Shown in pieces: positions 28,558-37,842 of a stretch of DNA of 64,000 nt. The stretch's first letter is position 1. Each line of letters begins with the position of its first letter. Below the pieces are notes generated by a model, which worked only from the letters and a program-made list of their open reading frames with translations, did not search any database and was not told the origin of the DNA. This stretch comes from a virus. Its lineage: Duplodnaviria > Heunggongvirae > Uroviricota > Caudoviricetes. A program made the position numbers and the translations under genes. The stretch covers positions 1 through 64,000 of IMG/VR virus record IMGVR_UViG_2700989413_000006, one strand, 5' to 3'.

Positions 28558-29190
28558 TTACCACACTGCCACATTGTTTTTTAAACTTTGAATCTTTTGC
28601 TCGCGCACACAGCGGAGCTTCTTGATTTCCGCTTTTGCCTCTTGGATTGATTTGATCGCTGGTCTAAATGACAAGCTGTCGAAAACTTCCGTCAGCGTTT
28701 CATGCAATCCGTTAAAAAGCTGACGGCCACGATTTATATCAACCATGATTTCTGCAAAATCGGCAGCAAAAGCGGGTCTGAAGCGGAGGTGAATTAAATC
28801 AAGGATGTCCTCTTGAACTTTCCAAAAGTCCATTTGCTCAATGAGGCTTTCATTTATGCCAGCCTTAAACAAAAGGAATGATTCTCCACCCAAAAACTCT
28901 CGCTGCGTCCAAGAGTCCGTACCGCTTTTATAGATTTTTCGAACCTGAATATTCCCACCCTGAGCCAACATAAACTCGTTAGCAAATGACAGAGGGGAAA
29001 ATTCAGAGTCGTTAGCATTCATATCAAGTTCAGCATTCATTTGATGCACAACGCCAGAAAGGATTTCCTTCACTTTTGAAGCGAGTTTTGCATCCTCATT
29101 TGCGCACAAATTCAAATGCTGCTGAATTAAACTGTCCTCCTTTTCTAGCTGAGCGAGGACTTCATCCTCAATAGCTTCATAGATGTTCAC
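28558..29190 (-). CDS. Hypothetical protein
   Basis: 210 aa. Confidence 0.4.
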   Translation of the reverse strand: MNIYEAIEDEVLAQLEKEDSLIQQHLNLCANEDAKLASKVKEILSGVVHQMNAELDMNANDSEFSPLSFANEFMLAQGGNIQVRKIYKSGTDSWTQREFLGGESFLLFKAGINESLIEQMDFWKVQEDILDLIHLRFRPAFAADFAEIMVDINRGRQLFNGLHETLTEVFDSLSFRPAIKSIQEAKAEIKKLRCVREQKIQSLKNNVAVW

Positions 29191-29235
29191 AAATGCTCTC
29201 CTTGCAATTAATGTGTGAATTTGTATGCCCTTAAC

Positions 29236-29281
29236 GAAAAACGCGCTAATACGCGCAATCTGTGCGTATTAGCGGTATGTT
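29236..29281 (-). terminator. Rho-independent terminator after sbcC (minus strand)
   Basis: CGCTAATACGC-9 nt-GCGTATTAGCG stem, followed on the minus strand by CGTTTTTCG. Confidence 0.55.
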
Positions 29282-29290
29282 TAGACGGGA

Positions 29291-31243
29291 TTAAACGAGA
29301 TTTGCACCGCTCACAGTTGAGTAACCATTTTCCTTAGTGACTACCACAACATCGTCAATCCAATCTCGCAGCTCTGAATGCGACACAACGATCACGGTGC
29401 CTCGTTCTCGTGCTTTTCGCTCAAGCACACCCATAAGACGTTCAAGACCTGATTTATCCAATGCATCATCAATTTCGTCACCGATGAACAAACTAATCGG
29501 CTTGGTTGCGCGACTAGCAACCAGATCTTGCAGTGCTAAAGCGGTAGCTAAACGAACCTTACGTTTTTCACCGCCGCTCAAACCTTTAAATGACTCTCCG
29601 CCCGTATTGTCACGGACATCGATTGTGAATTTTTCTTTAAGCTCTTTTTTGCTGTTAAGCGTCAAGGTCGACCAAACCGCATGAGTGTTGCCGTCAGTAA
29701 GTGCGCCGAGATAGTCTTCGGTTCGCTCATTCAAGAACGGCGTAACTGTATCGAGAATATGAGCGCGCACACCTGATGGGCCATAAATCAAAACCGCATG
29801 TTCATGTAATTCAACTAACGCTTGCAATTCCTGCACTTCCTGATCAATTGCAGAGTTCTTTGCGATGTAATCCGCAATTTTTGCTTGTTGGTCAGCTTCC
29901 ATTGCTGAGAATGGATTCGCCTCATTCATTACATCTTTTGCGCGCTTTTTGATTCTTTCAATGTCCTTGAGATTGCGGTCAATCTCAGAGCTTGACGAAG
30001 TAAATGCAGCAATTGCGCCTTCAACAGCAGCCTTGTCAGCATAGAGCTTGCGAACGTCCAGCGAATTGTTTTGAAGGAAGTCATTGAGGTTCTTCTCAGC
30101 CGCTTCAAATTCAGCTTTCACCTGTTCCATTTCGGCTTTGGCTTTCAGCGCATCTTGTTTTGCAACTTGGGCTTGATTCATTTGAACCGACCGCGCTTGC
30201 TGTAAATCACTAGCGCAATATTCTTTACCGCACTGTGTGCAAGGCGTACCAACTAAACCGTCAATGCCTCGAATTTTGGTCGCTAAATTATTTAAATTAG
30301 TTTTAAGAGAAGAATAATTATTATTAGTGATGCGGTACTTGATACCCAAGTCATCACGGATCTGAGTTAATTTCTTTGCCTCATTAACTAAATCTTCCGC
30401 TTTACTAATCGCGGTTTCAATACTTTGTTTCTCGGCATTGAGAGCGTTAATGTCGGTATTGCCCATTTGGACTTTGATGTCTTCAATAGCCTTCTTCAGC
30501 GGTAACGCTTCGCTCAACACAGCTCTAGCGCGTGACTCTTTTGTGTCGTCAAACTGCTTTAATTTCGCTTGTGTCTCAGCCAGTTGACTCTGCATGGTCG
30601 CAAGTACCGTCGCAAAATTATCGCGTATTGTGAGCTTATTTGAGAGCTTCGCTTTAACTTCGGCTAACTTACGTTTTGCAATGGTGTGCGCTTGCTCTAA
30701 AACCTGAATGCCAGCCGCCTCTTCAATTAAGACTTTCAGGTTTTTATCCGTAAGGGCGGGGAGGTTTGGCATCATTTCCTGACCCGCATATACGGATGAC
30801 ATAAAGACATCTAGCGTAGAACCAACAATATCAACTACAAGCTCCTGAGTTTCTTTATCAGTGCCTTTCGTGATGTTGCCATTAGGTAACTCATTGCCGT
30901 AAATATCGGTTTTTAAGACAATCAGCGCGTTTTTGTGTGTCGCATGTTTGCGGTGACGAGCGATTTTGTAACACTGTCCATTGTCATGAATCGTGAGTTC
31001 GACCGCACAATCCTTTTTGGCCGTCTTATTAATGACTAAATCTCCTGTAACGTCTCTTGCGGTAGTTCCGTAGAGGCACCAACATAAAGCGTCAACAATG
31101 GATGACTTACCTGAACCATTTGAGTCTGCGGATGAGTTGTCTTTGTTTTCACCTTGCACCAACAATAATCCACGATTAGCTAAATCAAGACGGGCTTCGC
31201 CAATCGTTAAGAAGTTATTAATCTTGAGTGTTAAAAATTCCAT
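29291..31243 (-). CDS. sbcC: SbcC/Rad50-like SMC ATPase (gp46-like)
   Basis: Walker A GSGKSS, zinc-hook CTQCGK, signature LSGGEKRKVRLA and Walker B LFIGDEID. Confidence 0.8.
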   Translation of the reverse strand: MEFLTLKINNFLTIGEARLDLANRGLLLVQGENKDNSSADSNGSGKSSIVDALCWCLYGTTARDVTGDLVINKTAKKDCAVELTIHDNGQCYKIARHRKHATHKNALIVLKTDIYGNELPNGNITKGTDKETQELVVDIVGSTLDVFMSSVYAGQEMMPNLPALTDKNLKVLIEEAAGIQVLEQAHTIAKRKLAEVKAKLSNKLTIRDNFATVLATMQSQLAETQAKLKQFDDTKESRARAVLSEALPLKKAIEDIKVQMGNTDINALNAEKQSIETAISKAEDLVNEAKKLTQIRDDLGIKYRITNNNYSSLKTNLNNLATKIRGIDGLVGTPCTQCGKEYCASDLQQARSVQMNQAQVAKQDALKAKAEMEQVKAEFEAAEKNLNDFLQNNSLDVRKLYADKAAVEGAIAAFTSSSSEIDRNLKDIERIKKRAKDVMNEANPFSAMEADQQAKIADYIAKNSAIDQEVQELQALVELHEHAVLIYGPSGVRAHILDTVTPFLNERTEDYLGALTDGNTHAVWSTLTLNSKKELKEKFTIDVRDNTGGESFKGLSGGEKRKVRLATALALQDLVASRATKPISLFIGDEIDDALDKSGLERLMGVLERKARERGTVIVVSHSELRDWIDDVVVVTKENGYSTVSGANLV

Positions 31244-32337
31244 TACTCAGCAACCTCCATGCGCGCTTCTGTCAAAATTGATTGGCACAGCGCATCAAGT
31301 TGAGGGCTGTTTAACGGCGAGTTAGTAATAAATTGAGTTACGGACGACTCAATTGACGCGCCAGCTTTTACCGCTGCGTTTGCACGTTGAACGTCTGCAA
31401 CTGGTTTGGACGCAATGATCGTCACACCTTGAGCGCCAATATCTGTAAGGTATTTGCGGAACTGCTCAATTTCGATTTGTTTAACGATCTTGATTTTTGC
31501 GCGGACATAGTTACCAGGCACAACAGCTTGAATGTCTAATTCATCCATTGAGCCATCAATTTCAACAAAGGCAGGTAAATGGGATTTGTACCAACGCACA
31601 TCGGTGTTATTTACAACTAAGAATCCTGCTTTATGGCCAACGTCAGACCATGTGTAGTGAGCCAATGCACCTACCGAATAAACAGTTTCGCTAAGTTGTT
31701 TGTGATGATGGTAGTGACCGCTAAATACGAGCTTAAATCCATATTGCTCAAGATCACTTGCGGTAAGTCCATGCTCAGGTAATCCCGCAATAACGCCGTC
31801 TACAGGCGCATGAATCATTAACGTCCAATCACTTATGCTTTCCATAGAGCGCAAAGGCGGAGGGGATGGCATTGATTCGATGTGCTTTTTAGCCTTTTCT
31901 ATCTCGTCTTTAAGCCCTTTTACGCTTTCAATCCACGGTATCATCACAACACGATCATCATTGAAGAAAGTAGGCTTATTAACGATTTGACAACCGATAC
32001 CTTCTAATGCTGTTACTGCAGAGCCGGTGCGTGTGACATGACGATCTTCAAGATCATGGTTGCCAGCTAATATACGAATGATAAAACCTTCTTCAATCAA
32101 TTGGCGGTAAACATCAAGCGTAGGGTTTAGTACTGAGGGCGCAATCTGCCCGCGCACATGAAATAAATCACCTGTGTGATAAATAGTGTTGCCGCCTGCG
32201 CTTTTAACTTCTGCTGCAAGACGGCGAACTTCGTTTAAACACCCTTCTAAACGGTTATTGATACCGTTAGCAGTAGTGTGTGAAAACGCACTCCAATTAT
32301 GGTGATGCGAATCTGACTGAATGCCATAAGGTTTCAT
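31243..32337 (-). CDS. sbcD: SbcD/Mre11-like nuclease (gp47-like)
   Basis: Calcineurin-like phosphoesterase motifs (DLFH, GNHD, GHYHH). The ORF-track start is a GTG at 32352; an in-frame ATG lies at 32335-32337. Confidence 0.75.
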   Translation of the reverse strand: MKPYGIQSDSHHHNWSAFSHTTANGINNRLEGCLNEVRRLAAEVKSAGGNTIYHTGDLFHVRGQIAPSVLNPTLDVYRQLIEEGFIIRILAGNHDLEDRHVTRTGSAVTALEGIGCQIVNKPTFFNDDRVVMIPWIESVKGLKDEIEKAKKHIESMPSPPPLRSMESISDWTLMIHAPVDGVIAGLPEHGLTASDLEQYGFKLVFSGHYHHHKQLSETVYSVGALAHYTWSDVGHKAGFLVVNNTDVRWYKSHLPAFVEIDGSMDELDIQAVVPGNYVRAKIKIVKQIEIEQFRKYLTDIGAQGVTIIASKPVADVQRANAAVKAGASIESSVTQFITNSPLNSPQLDALCQSILTEARMEVAE

Positions 32338-32382
32338 AGATATAGTTTCCACAAAATTGTGTGATAATTATAGACATAAATA

Positions 32383-32396
32383 AGTCAGTACTGACT
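32383..32396. promoter_or_regulatory. Dyad motif AGTCAGTACTGACT (perfect core)
   Basis: Directly abuts the stop codon of the upstream gene; 46 nt upstream of the sbcD ATG. Confidence 0.6.
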
Positions 32397-32398
32397 GA

Positions 32399-32797
32399 TT
32401 ATTTTGCCATATAAAAATGATGGTTGCCTATTTGACCAACATATTTGAGTTGTTTTTCCCAGCCTCGCTTACGATGTGAGAAAAAATGAGTAACACCGCT
32501 GTACCGTACTGGAACTGAAAATCGACCATTTAAGGCTTGTTCTGCAATTCGTTTTGAATCTTCCCAAGCTTCTTTTTCTTTTGGCTTTCCGCTGCTGTTG
32601 AGCGTTCTACCGCTTACCTTACTTGCAGTCCATGAGAATTGATGTTTTCTAAGGACTTCCTGACAAATTTTACTATTGTCGCCTTCAGCGCGGTTAAGGG
32701 TGGTAATTGCAACTAACTCTTTGCCTAGCTTTGGTTCACCTCGTGCTTCGTGGTAAATGTTCAAAGCTAGGCATGTCAGCGCGGATGTCAAAATCAT
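32399..32797 (-). CDS. SleB/CwlJ-like cell-wall hydrolase (Hydrolase_2) with an N-terminal hydrophobic segment
   Basis: NIYHEARGE...LNR motif region typical of the SleB family. In-frame ATG at 32795-32797 (the track starts at a TTG at 32842). Confidence 0.55.
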   Translation of the reverse strand: MILTSALTCLALNIYHEARGEPKLGKELVAITTLNRAEGDNSKICQEVLRKHQFSWTASKVSGRTLNSSGKPKEKEAWEDSKRIAEQALNGRFSVPVRYSGVTHFFSHRKRGWEKQLKYVGQIGNHHFYMAK

Positions 32798-33045
32798 TAT
32801 GGTCGAACTCCTTGTCGTATTTTCTTCACAGCTGAAAGCCAATTTTTCTCGGCTCTATGGCAAGAAGGAGAAACAGGAGCGGGGAGAGAAAAGCCCGTTT
32901 TTGGGTCTTTCAAGACAACGTGACCGCCTTTACTTTGGCGATATGTCCAACCTTCCTTAATTAAGGCTTTAGCTGCTCGGTCAATCGTGCGATTGTTAGA
33001 AATGTTCATATCTTTAAACTCTTTGTTTGTTTCAGATATGAACAT
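32797..33045 (-). CDS. Hypothetical small protein (weak HicA/YcfA-like resemblance)
   Basis: 82 aa, G...GGH..L...G...P pattern; translationally coupled (TAATG) to the hydrolase gene. Confidence 0.25.
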   Translation of the reverse strand: MFISETNKEFKDMNISNNRTIDRAAKALIKEGWTYRQSKGGHVVLKDPKTGFSLPAPVSPSCHRAEKNWLSAVKKIRQGVRP

Positions 33046-33079
33046 TTTAAAAGTAAGTCATTGGTGACTGAATAATAGG

Positions 33080-33445
33080 CTACTTAATTTTGAGTGATTT
33101 TTCAAGATTGCCGTGAAAACGCTCTGAATTGATCATGAATTTGTTCATGTTTAAACGTTTGTACAAGCCTTTTGATGTGCTGTGTGGTTCGCAGTTCTCG
33201 AGAAAGTGGCTTAAAGGGGTGAGGTAGTAAGTGCATTTCTTGTTTACGCGGTGAACTACCCCAATTGCATCAATTGAGTTGTTAATACAATGACTGATGA
33301 TAATAGGTTCAAAAAGCCATGAGTTGGTCTTTAAATCAATATTGCGATTCTTAGCTCCTGATCTCATGGCCAAGTAGATAGATTTGCCGCCTTGCGTGTA
33401 AACCATGCCGACTTGTTTGCCGTTGATTGAGTGTGGTTTTCTCAT
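33080..33445 (-). CDS. Hypothetical protein
   Basis: ATG for MRKPHS at 33443-33445; ATGA overlap with the upstream gene. Confidence 0.35.
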   Translation of the reverse strand: MRKPHSINGKQVGMVYTQGGKSIYLAMRSGAKNRNIDLKTNSWLFEPIIISHCINNSIDAIGVVHRVNKKCTYYLTPLSHFLENCEPHSTSKGLYKRLNMNKFMINSERFHGNLEKSLKIK

Positions 33446-33960
33446 GAAAATAACCCCCAATTAGGATTTGTTCTTTTTGAATAATTAGGATTTGTTCTTT
33501 TTGGATTTGGAACTTCGGGTTGATCTACACTTTCTTTGGTGAGCGCAAAATACGCCCCAAGAAAGCACAGCACTTCTCTGGCTTTTGAGCCACCAACAGC
33601 CCCTTCTATCTTTCCAATCAGCTCTCCCGCTCTAAACGAGTTATTAAAAAATACAGTGTACTCCTCGCGTTCACATTTATGATGAGTGGCATCATTGTGT
33701 TCGCGCATGTAGGTGTGAATTTCATCAAGGGCATAGCTGTACAGCTCCCCAACATTGAAATGCTCTTCATCATTGGATAATTTCACTTCGGGTCGCTGAG
33801 AGCCTAATTCTGGTACGTCTCGACGCGTGTGACCTTTGACATAAGCCATCTTAGTTCTGTCTAACGTGGAGATAATCATTAGACGGCTGTTTTCATACTC
33901 GTTTCTAAATCGGTATTCTAAGACGCTTAGCTCAGCATTTAGATTCGGGATGTATTTCAT
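33442..33960 (-). CDS. Hypothetical protein, paralog 1 of a tandem pair
   Basis: Homologous to the next ORF (shared L.V.E..F...Y.RLM..S...KMA..KG core); C-terminal NPNWG. Confidence 0.4.
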   Translation of the reverse strand: MKYIPNLNAELSVLEYRFRNEYENSRLMIISTLDRTKMAYVKGHTRRDVPELGSQRPEVKLSNDEEHFNVGELYSYALDEIHTYMREHNDATHHKCEREEYTVFFNNSFRAGELIGKIEGAVGGSKAREVLCFLGAYFALTKESVDQPEVPNPKRTNPNYSKRTNPNWGLFS

Positions 33961-34394
33961 GACCAAGCTCCCCAATTTGGATTGTTGCGTTTCGGAACGG
34001 GTGGATCTCGAAAGAACTTCAAAACCGCATTTTTATAATAAAAACCAACTGTTCTAGTTAGTTTCGTCTCTAACATACACATTTGACTGTCATCGTTAAA
34101 ATAAAGAGGCGATGCCCACCAAATATATTCGGCCTTTCCAGCTACATCTCTTTTGACTTCCTCAATGAAAGTCTTTCCATTGGCGAACAGCTCTTCTTTA
34201 TCTGTGTTTTCAGATGTTAAAAGGATTGTTTCCATTGGAGGCGCATGTGGTTCTCGCCAATTATAGAGACCCTTCAAAAAAGCCATTTTGGTTTCATTTG
34301 CATTGCTTAAAAACATTAAACGGTAAACATAATTGCCTTGTTGAAAAAGATGCTCAACAACGTTTAGATCTGGCTCTAACTGTTCTTCTAACAT
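33957..34394 (-). CDS. Hypothetical protein, paralog 2
   Basis: See paralog 1. ATGA overlap. Confidence 0.4.
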   Translation of the reverse strand: MLEEQLEPDLNVVEHLFQQGNYVYRLMFLSNANETKMAFLKGLYNWREPHAPPMETILLTSENTDKEELFANGKTFIEEVKRDVAGKAEYIWWASPLYFNDDSQMCMLETKLTRTVGFYYKNAVLKFFRDPPVPKRNNPNWGAWS

Positions 34395-34792
34395 TATGCC
34401 CAGCTCCCCCATTTGCCTTTGTAGCGTTCCGCTCGCTCGCGATCTGCGCGAGCTTTCATTTCTTTTCTAATCGCTTCCTGTTTTGCGGCTTCTTGAGCTT
34501 CTTTATGATATTTGTCGAAAATTTCTTTGGCTTCTAGCTTTGTGTAGACGGTAACTGGATATCTTTTCTTTAACTCCGGCACTTCAAAAACAATTAAGTC
34601 GATAATTGCGTTGACGGTTTCGTCAAATGTACTTGCCAAACCACCAAACTTACCCGCTCGAAATTTTCTCAACCACAATAAGTAATCAACACCTTCAAAA
34701 TCGGAGTCATTCTGAAGCATGAGAATAAGTTCAGCCGGTGTTCGCCCTTTGTATTTCCCTTCAGGAAACTTCTCATCAAATTTTATAGTCAC
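34394..34792 (-). CDS. DUF3820-like protein (FPxGKYKGRTxxEL ... YLxWL N-terminal motif)
   Basis: GTG start overlapping the upstream stop (GTGA). Confidence 0.35.
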   Translation of the reverse strand: MTIKFDEKFPEGKYKGRTPAELILMLQNDSDFEGVDYLLWLRKFRAGKFGGLASTFDETVNAIIDLIVFEVPELKKRYPVTVYTKLEAKEIFDKYHKEAQEAAKQEAIRKEMKARADRERAERYKGKWGSWA

Positions 34793-35175
34793 TCTATTCG
34801 CCTTAAATAAATAACTGTTGATTTCTTCATTGCGCTTGCGATGTGTGGCCCGTAAAGCTTTAAGGTTAATTTATATAAGCGCTCTGCGCTTCTGCATTTG
34901 TCTTCGCTGTCAATTTCGGTGTGATTATCAGCACCGTAATAAGCGCATAGCTCGCCAAGCTTCCCGACAATTACACGATCAACAATCGCTAAACCTTCGA
35001 TCATTTTAGTTTTTGAATTTTGGAGATACACTCGATCACCAGCGGCAAGTTTCTTTGACCATGTAACCCCCAAACGAATTGTATTGAAGTGATCATCCAT
35101 GCCTTGTAGTGGTGGTACAAAATCCAAAACATAATGTTTCATAAGCAAAACCGCCCTAATAAAAATGTTATTCAC
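34789..35175 (-). CDS. Hypothetical protein
   Basis: 128 aa. Confidence 0.35.
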   Translation of the reverse strand: MNNIFIRAVLLMKHYVLDFVPPLQGMDDHFNTIRLGVTWSKKLAAGDRVYLQNSKTKMIEGLAIVDRVIVGKLGELCAYYGADNHTEIDSEDKCRSAERLYKLTLKLYGPHIASAMKKSTVIYLRRIE

Positions 35176-35214
35176 ACTTTTAGTTTAGGGCGGTCTAACT
35201 ATTACTCCTGAGAA

Positions 35215-36711
35215 TTATTTATCGGACTTGGGTAAGAAAGCTTTTAACTGCTCCATGCCATTAGGTTCTGCGTTTAACTTGGCTACAAGCTCTTTGACAA
35301 AGTACTTCTTGCCATCTGTCCATGTAACACGAGGCTTGTTGTATTCAATCCAACCGCGCTTAATTAAATGATCAAGCATAGCGGCGATATGATCGAAGTA
35401 AGCCACATCAAATTCGTTGTACATCATGCGTAAATTGCACTCTTGGAACGGTCGAGTGAATTTTGTTTTGACGCATTGAACGGTAATGTTTTGGCCCACA
35501 AATTCCTTTTCACCAACTTCGTCTTTGTCCATGATTTTTTGACGACCTAAAGCCAAGCGTGCAGAAGCGTAAAACTCCATTGCTTTTCCGCCTGGTGTGC
35601 AGTTGTGAACAATGAAGCCATTGTCTTTGTTGCCCGCAAGGAAGTTGTGATTGCCCTCAATGGTAATGTCATACATGCGGGTGTCTAACTTCTTACCGCC
35701 TTCGCGAACCTCTGTGACGACAGCATAGGCGGTTTTGTGCTTATGAGTAACAAGGTGATAGCCAACCTTCACATCCTCTGCGTTAATCCAGCCACACTCG
35801 CGAGTAAGAATTTTGTGATCGTTTGTTGCTGTAACCGCAGATACGCCATTCTTCGTTTCAGGTGTAGTTGCTCGAATGTGAATCCAACGCTTGTCGGTAT
35901 CAGCGATAGAGCCATTGTCATGCCAATCAACGATAAATTTAGGCTCAATTTCACCTGTTGTTTCGTTGTATGACCACACTTCCTTGTTGATCTTGTTCTT
36001 AACGATTTCCTTGATTGTTGCAGTTGTGCCATCAACAAAGGGAATTTGAACGTCACCACGTAAACAGCGAGGATCACCAAACATAACACCCGGCTTTAAG
36101 CGCATTTGGTTGAGATATACGAATGTCGCGCTAAACTCTTCAGCTCGGTGACTCATGGTTTTTAACGTAGAAGACGTTACACGAGCCAGCGCCGTAGTGT
36201 CATTCATGGTGTATTCATCAATTTCTTTGCCAGCTTGCGATTTAGGTAATGCAGCAGCAATAGAGTCAAATACAACTAAAATTGGCGCATCATCAGGAAT
36301 AGCTTTAGATGCACGAATTAACTGGCACGCTTTAGCGGCAAGTGTGTTTCCTTCCTCCCATGTTGCAGGCTTCGCGTAAATCCAATATGGACGCTGTGTG
36401 TTAAGACCGAACCCTTCAGCCAAACGAACATCGAAAGAGCGTTCCCAGTCAATGAAGATTGCACAGCCACCCATTTTCTGAGCGCGAACCATCCATTCAG
36501 TAGCGTCAGCAGTTTTACCAGTAGATGATTCGCCAAATACTTCAACCATTCGACCAAATGGCAAACCGCCTTCGTAGCTTCCTGAAATAATGCGGTTTAA
36601 TTCAGGGTTGCCCGTATCAATCCAACGAGTGACCGCTTGTTCTGCATGGTTATCACCGATTGCTTTGAATAATGCGTCATTTAGTGCGTCGATTTGTGCT
36701 TGTGCTGTCAT
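35215..36711 (-). CDS. recA: RecA-family recombinase interrupted by a mini-intein in the L2 DNA-binding loop
   Basis: GGLPFGRMVEVFGESSTGKT, AIFIDWE, LNQMRLKPGVMFGDPR | intein | CTPGGKAMEFYASARL align colinearly with E. coli RecA ([32 protein letters not shown]). Probable start at the ATG at 36709-36711. Confidence 0.85.
   Translation of the reverse strand: MTAQAQIDALNDALFKAIGDNHAEQAVTRWIDTGNPELNRIISGSYEGGLPFGRMVEVFGESSTGKTADATEWMVRAQKMGGCAIFIDWERSFDVRLAEGFGLNTQRPYWIYAKPATWEEGNTLAAKACQLIRASKAIPDDAPILVVFDSIAAALPKSQAGKEIDEYTMNDTTALARVTSSTLKTMSHRAEEFSATFVYLNQMRLKPGVMFGDPRCLRGDVQIPFVDGTTATIKEIVKNKINKEVWSYNETTGEIEPKFIVDWHDNGSIADTDKRWIHIRATTPETKNGVSAVTATNDHKILTRECGWINAEDVKVGYHLVTHKHKTAYAVVTEVREGGKKLDTRMYDITIEGNHNFLAGNKDNGFIVHNCTPGGKAMEFYASARLALGRQKIMDKDEVGEKEFVGQNITVQCVKTKFTRPFQECNLRMMYNEFDVAYFDHIAAMLDHLIKRGWIEYNKPRVTWTDGKKYFVKELVAKLNAEPNGMEQLKAFLPKSDK
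35602..36066 (-). mobile_element. 155-aa mini-intein (no homing-endonuclease domain) within recA
   Basis: Starts with Cys (CLRGD, block A), has a TxxH block B (TATNDH) and ends ...FIVHN followed by the +1 Cys. Boundary codons checked at 36064-36066 (TGT) and 35602-35604 (AAC). Confidence 0.8.
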
Positions 36712-36721
36712 GTCTTTAATC

Positions 36722-37786
36722 TCAATTAGTTTGTGTCGGTAATGCTTGTTTGAACGGTTGAACAAAGTTATCAATTACGTTCAAAATGGATGCGAAGTTC
36801 AGCTCCGCGCATATGTCAATGAACTTGTCTAAGTCAAAGTTGCCTTTGTCTATTTCAAGGTGTTGCTTCTCTAAAGGATGTGGGTTGATCAGCTGCATGA
36901 TTTTCATATTTCGAATGAAGATCGAACGACCTTGACCGATATATGCGTCCATGTGTTTTTTCAGCTGTTTCTTGTGTTCCTTCTCGTTCTCTTCGTCACT
37001 TAGAGAGTCGTCACGTTGATAATGGAATAAGTTTTTCCATTGCTCTTTCGTGTAGGGAGAAGTGCCTTTCCACAATGAGCGTTGAGCTTTATTGGCTGGT
37101 TTAATTTCGCCACTTTCGCAACGTTGAATGAATTTACCAACCGAACCATGTTCAGCTAGAAATAACGGCGCTGTTGCTTCACCAATACCGCCAACTCCCG
37201 GTATGCAGTCAGAAGAATCGCCTTGAAGAGCTTTGCCCTCCAAAAACGCTAGTGGAGTTTTATAGCCAGTCTTTTCAACAAAATTTTCAAAGGTAATAAC
37301 CTTCTCATTTCGTTTGTCACGCAAATCTTGCCAACGCACACCACGACGTATGAGTTGCACCCAATCTACGTCGCCTGACGCAAGTAAGATTTCTTGATCT
37401 GGATTTTTCATGATTTGCTTTACTAAGATTCCAGCTAAGTCATCAGCTTCATGAATGTATGAAAGAATCTGCGTAATGCCTAAAGCAGATAGAGCCGCTT
37501 TGATAAACGGTAACTGCGCTTTGTAAGCTTCTTTATCAGCGACCTTTTCAGGTGTATCAGCAACGCGCTTAATTTTGTATTCAGGGCACATATCAAAGCG
37601 AAATTGAGCTTTTCCATCCCATAGCACATAGATTGTTGCTAACGGGTTGCGGATGCGTAATTCGCGCACTGTACGAAGAAAACCGTACACTGCCTGAGTT
37701 TGCATAACACCCGAATGCAGTTTTGTAGCGTGATGAGCTGCGTAACCAATAGAGTTCGCATCAATTAAAATCGTTAAATGTGGCAT
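36722..37786 (-). CDS. 5'-3' exonuclease / flap endonuclease (Pol I 5'-exo / T4 RNase H family)
   Basis: LIDANSIGYAAHHA N-terminal acidic cluster and H3TH-like region. GAGGG SD upstream of the ATG at 37786. Confidence 0.8.
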   Translation of the reverse strand: MPHLTILIDANSIGYAAHHATKLHSGVMQTQAVYGFLRTVRELRIRNPLATIYVLWDGKAQFRFDMCPEYKIKRVADTPEKVADKEAYKAQLPFIKAALSALGITQILSYIHEADDLAGILVKQIMKNPDQEILLASGDVDWVQLIRRGVRWQDLRDKRNEKVITFENFVEKTGYKTPLAFLEGKALQGDSSDCIPGVGGIGEATAPLFLAEHGSVGKFIQRCESGEIKPANKAQRSLWKGTSPYTKEQWKNLFHYQRDDSLSDEENEKEHKKQLKKHMDAYIGQGRSIFIRNMKIMQLINPHPLEKQHLEIDKGNFDLDKFIDICAELNFASILNVIDNFVQPFKQALPTQTN

Positions 37787-37842
37787 ATTTGATACCCTCT
37801 GACGAAGAAGCCACCTTGCGGCGGCTTCTTGTTGATTAACCG

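Noticed and set aside
32797-33045. HicA-type toxin call for the small ORF upstream of the SleB-like hydrolase
   Set aside because: Only a loose G...GGH..L...P resemblance. No partner HicB-like ORF is present, and the gene is translationally coupled to a hydrolase, so it is listed only as hypothetical.
33975-33975. ORF-track N-termini such as MGSLV..., MGELG..., MDHQQ..., MERQ..., MEKCN..., METIS... and MITLF...
   Set aside because: The underlying first codons are TTG or GTG (checked at 33973-33975, 27876-27878, 49377-49379, 50182-50184, 32350-32352 and 36772-36774), and an in-frame ATG with a better context lies a few codons downstream, so those starts were moved. Only 34790-34792 (GTG) was kept, because the conserved domain begins immediately after it.
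33442-34412. Conserved C-terminal W-G-x-W-S/A peptide shared by several unrelated-looking proteins (NPNWGLFS, NPNWGAWS, KWGSWA); other ORFs also end in ...W
   Set aside because: At the DNA level the conserved segment is TGGGG(G)AGCT(G/T)GG(G/T)CAT(A/G)A. This is an embedded GGGGAG Shine-Dalgarno plus the overlapping ATG of the next gene, so the shared peptide is largely a by-product of translational-coupling signals rather than a functional protein motif.
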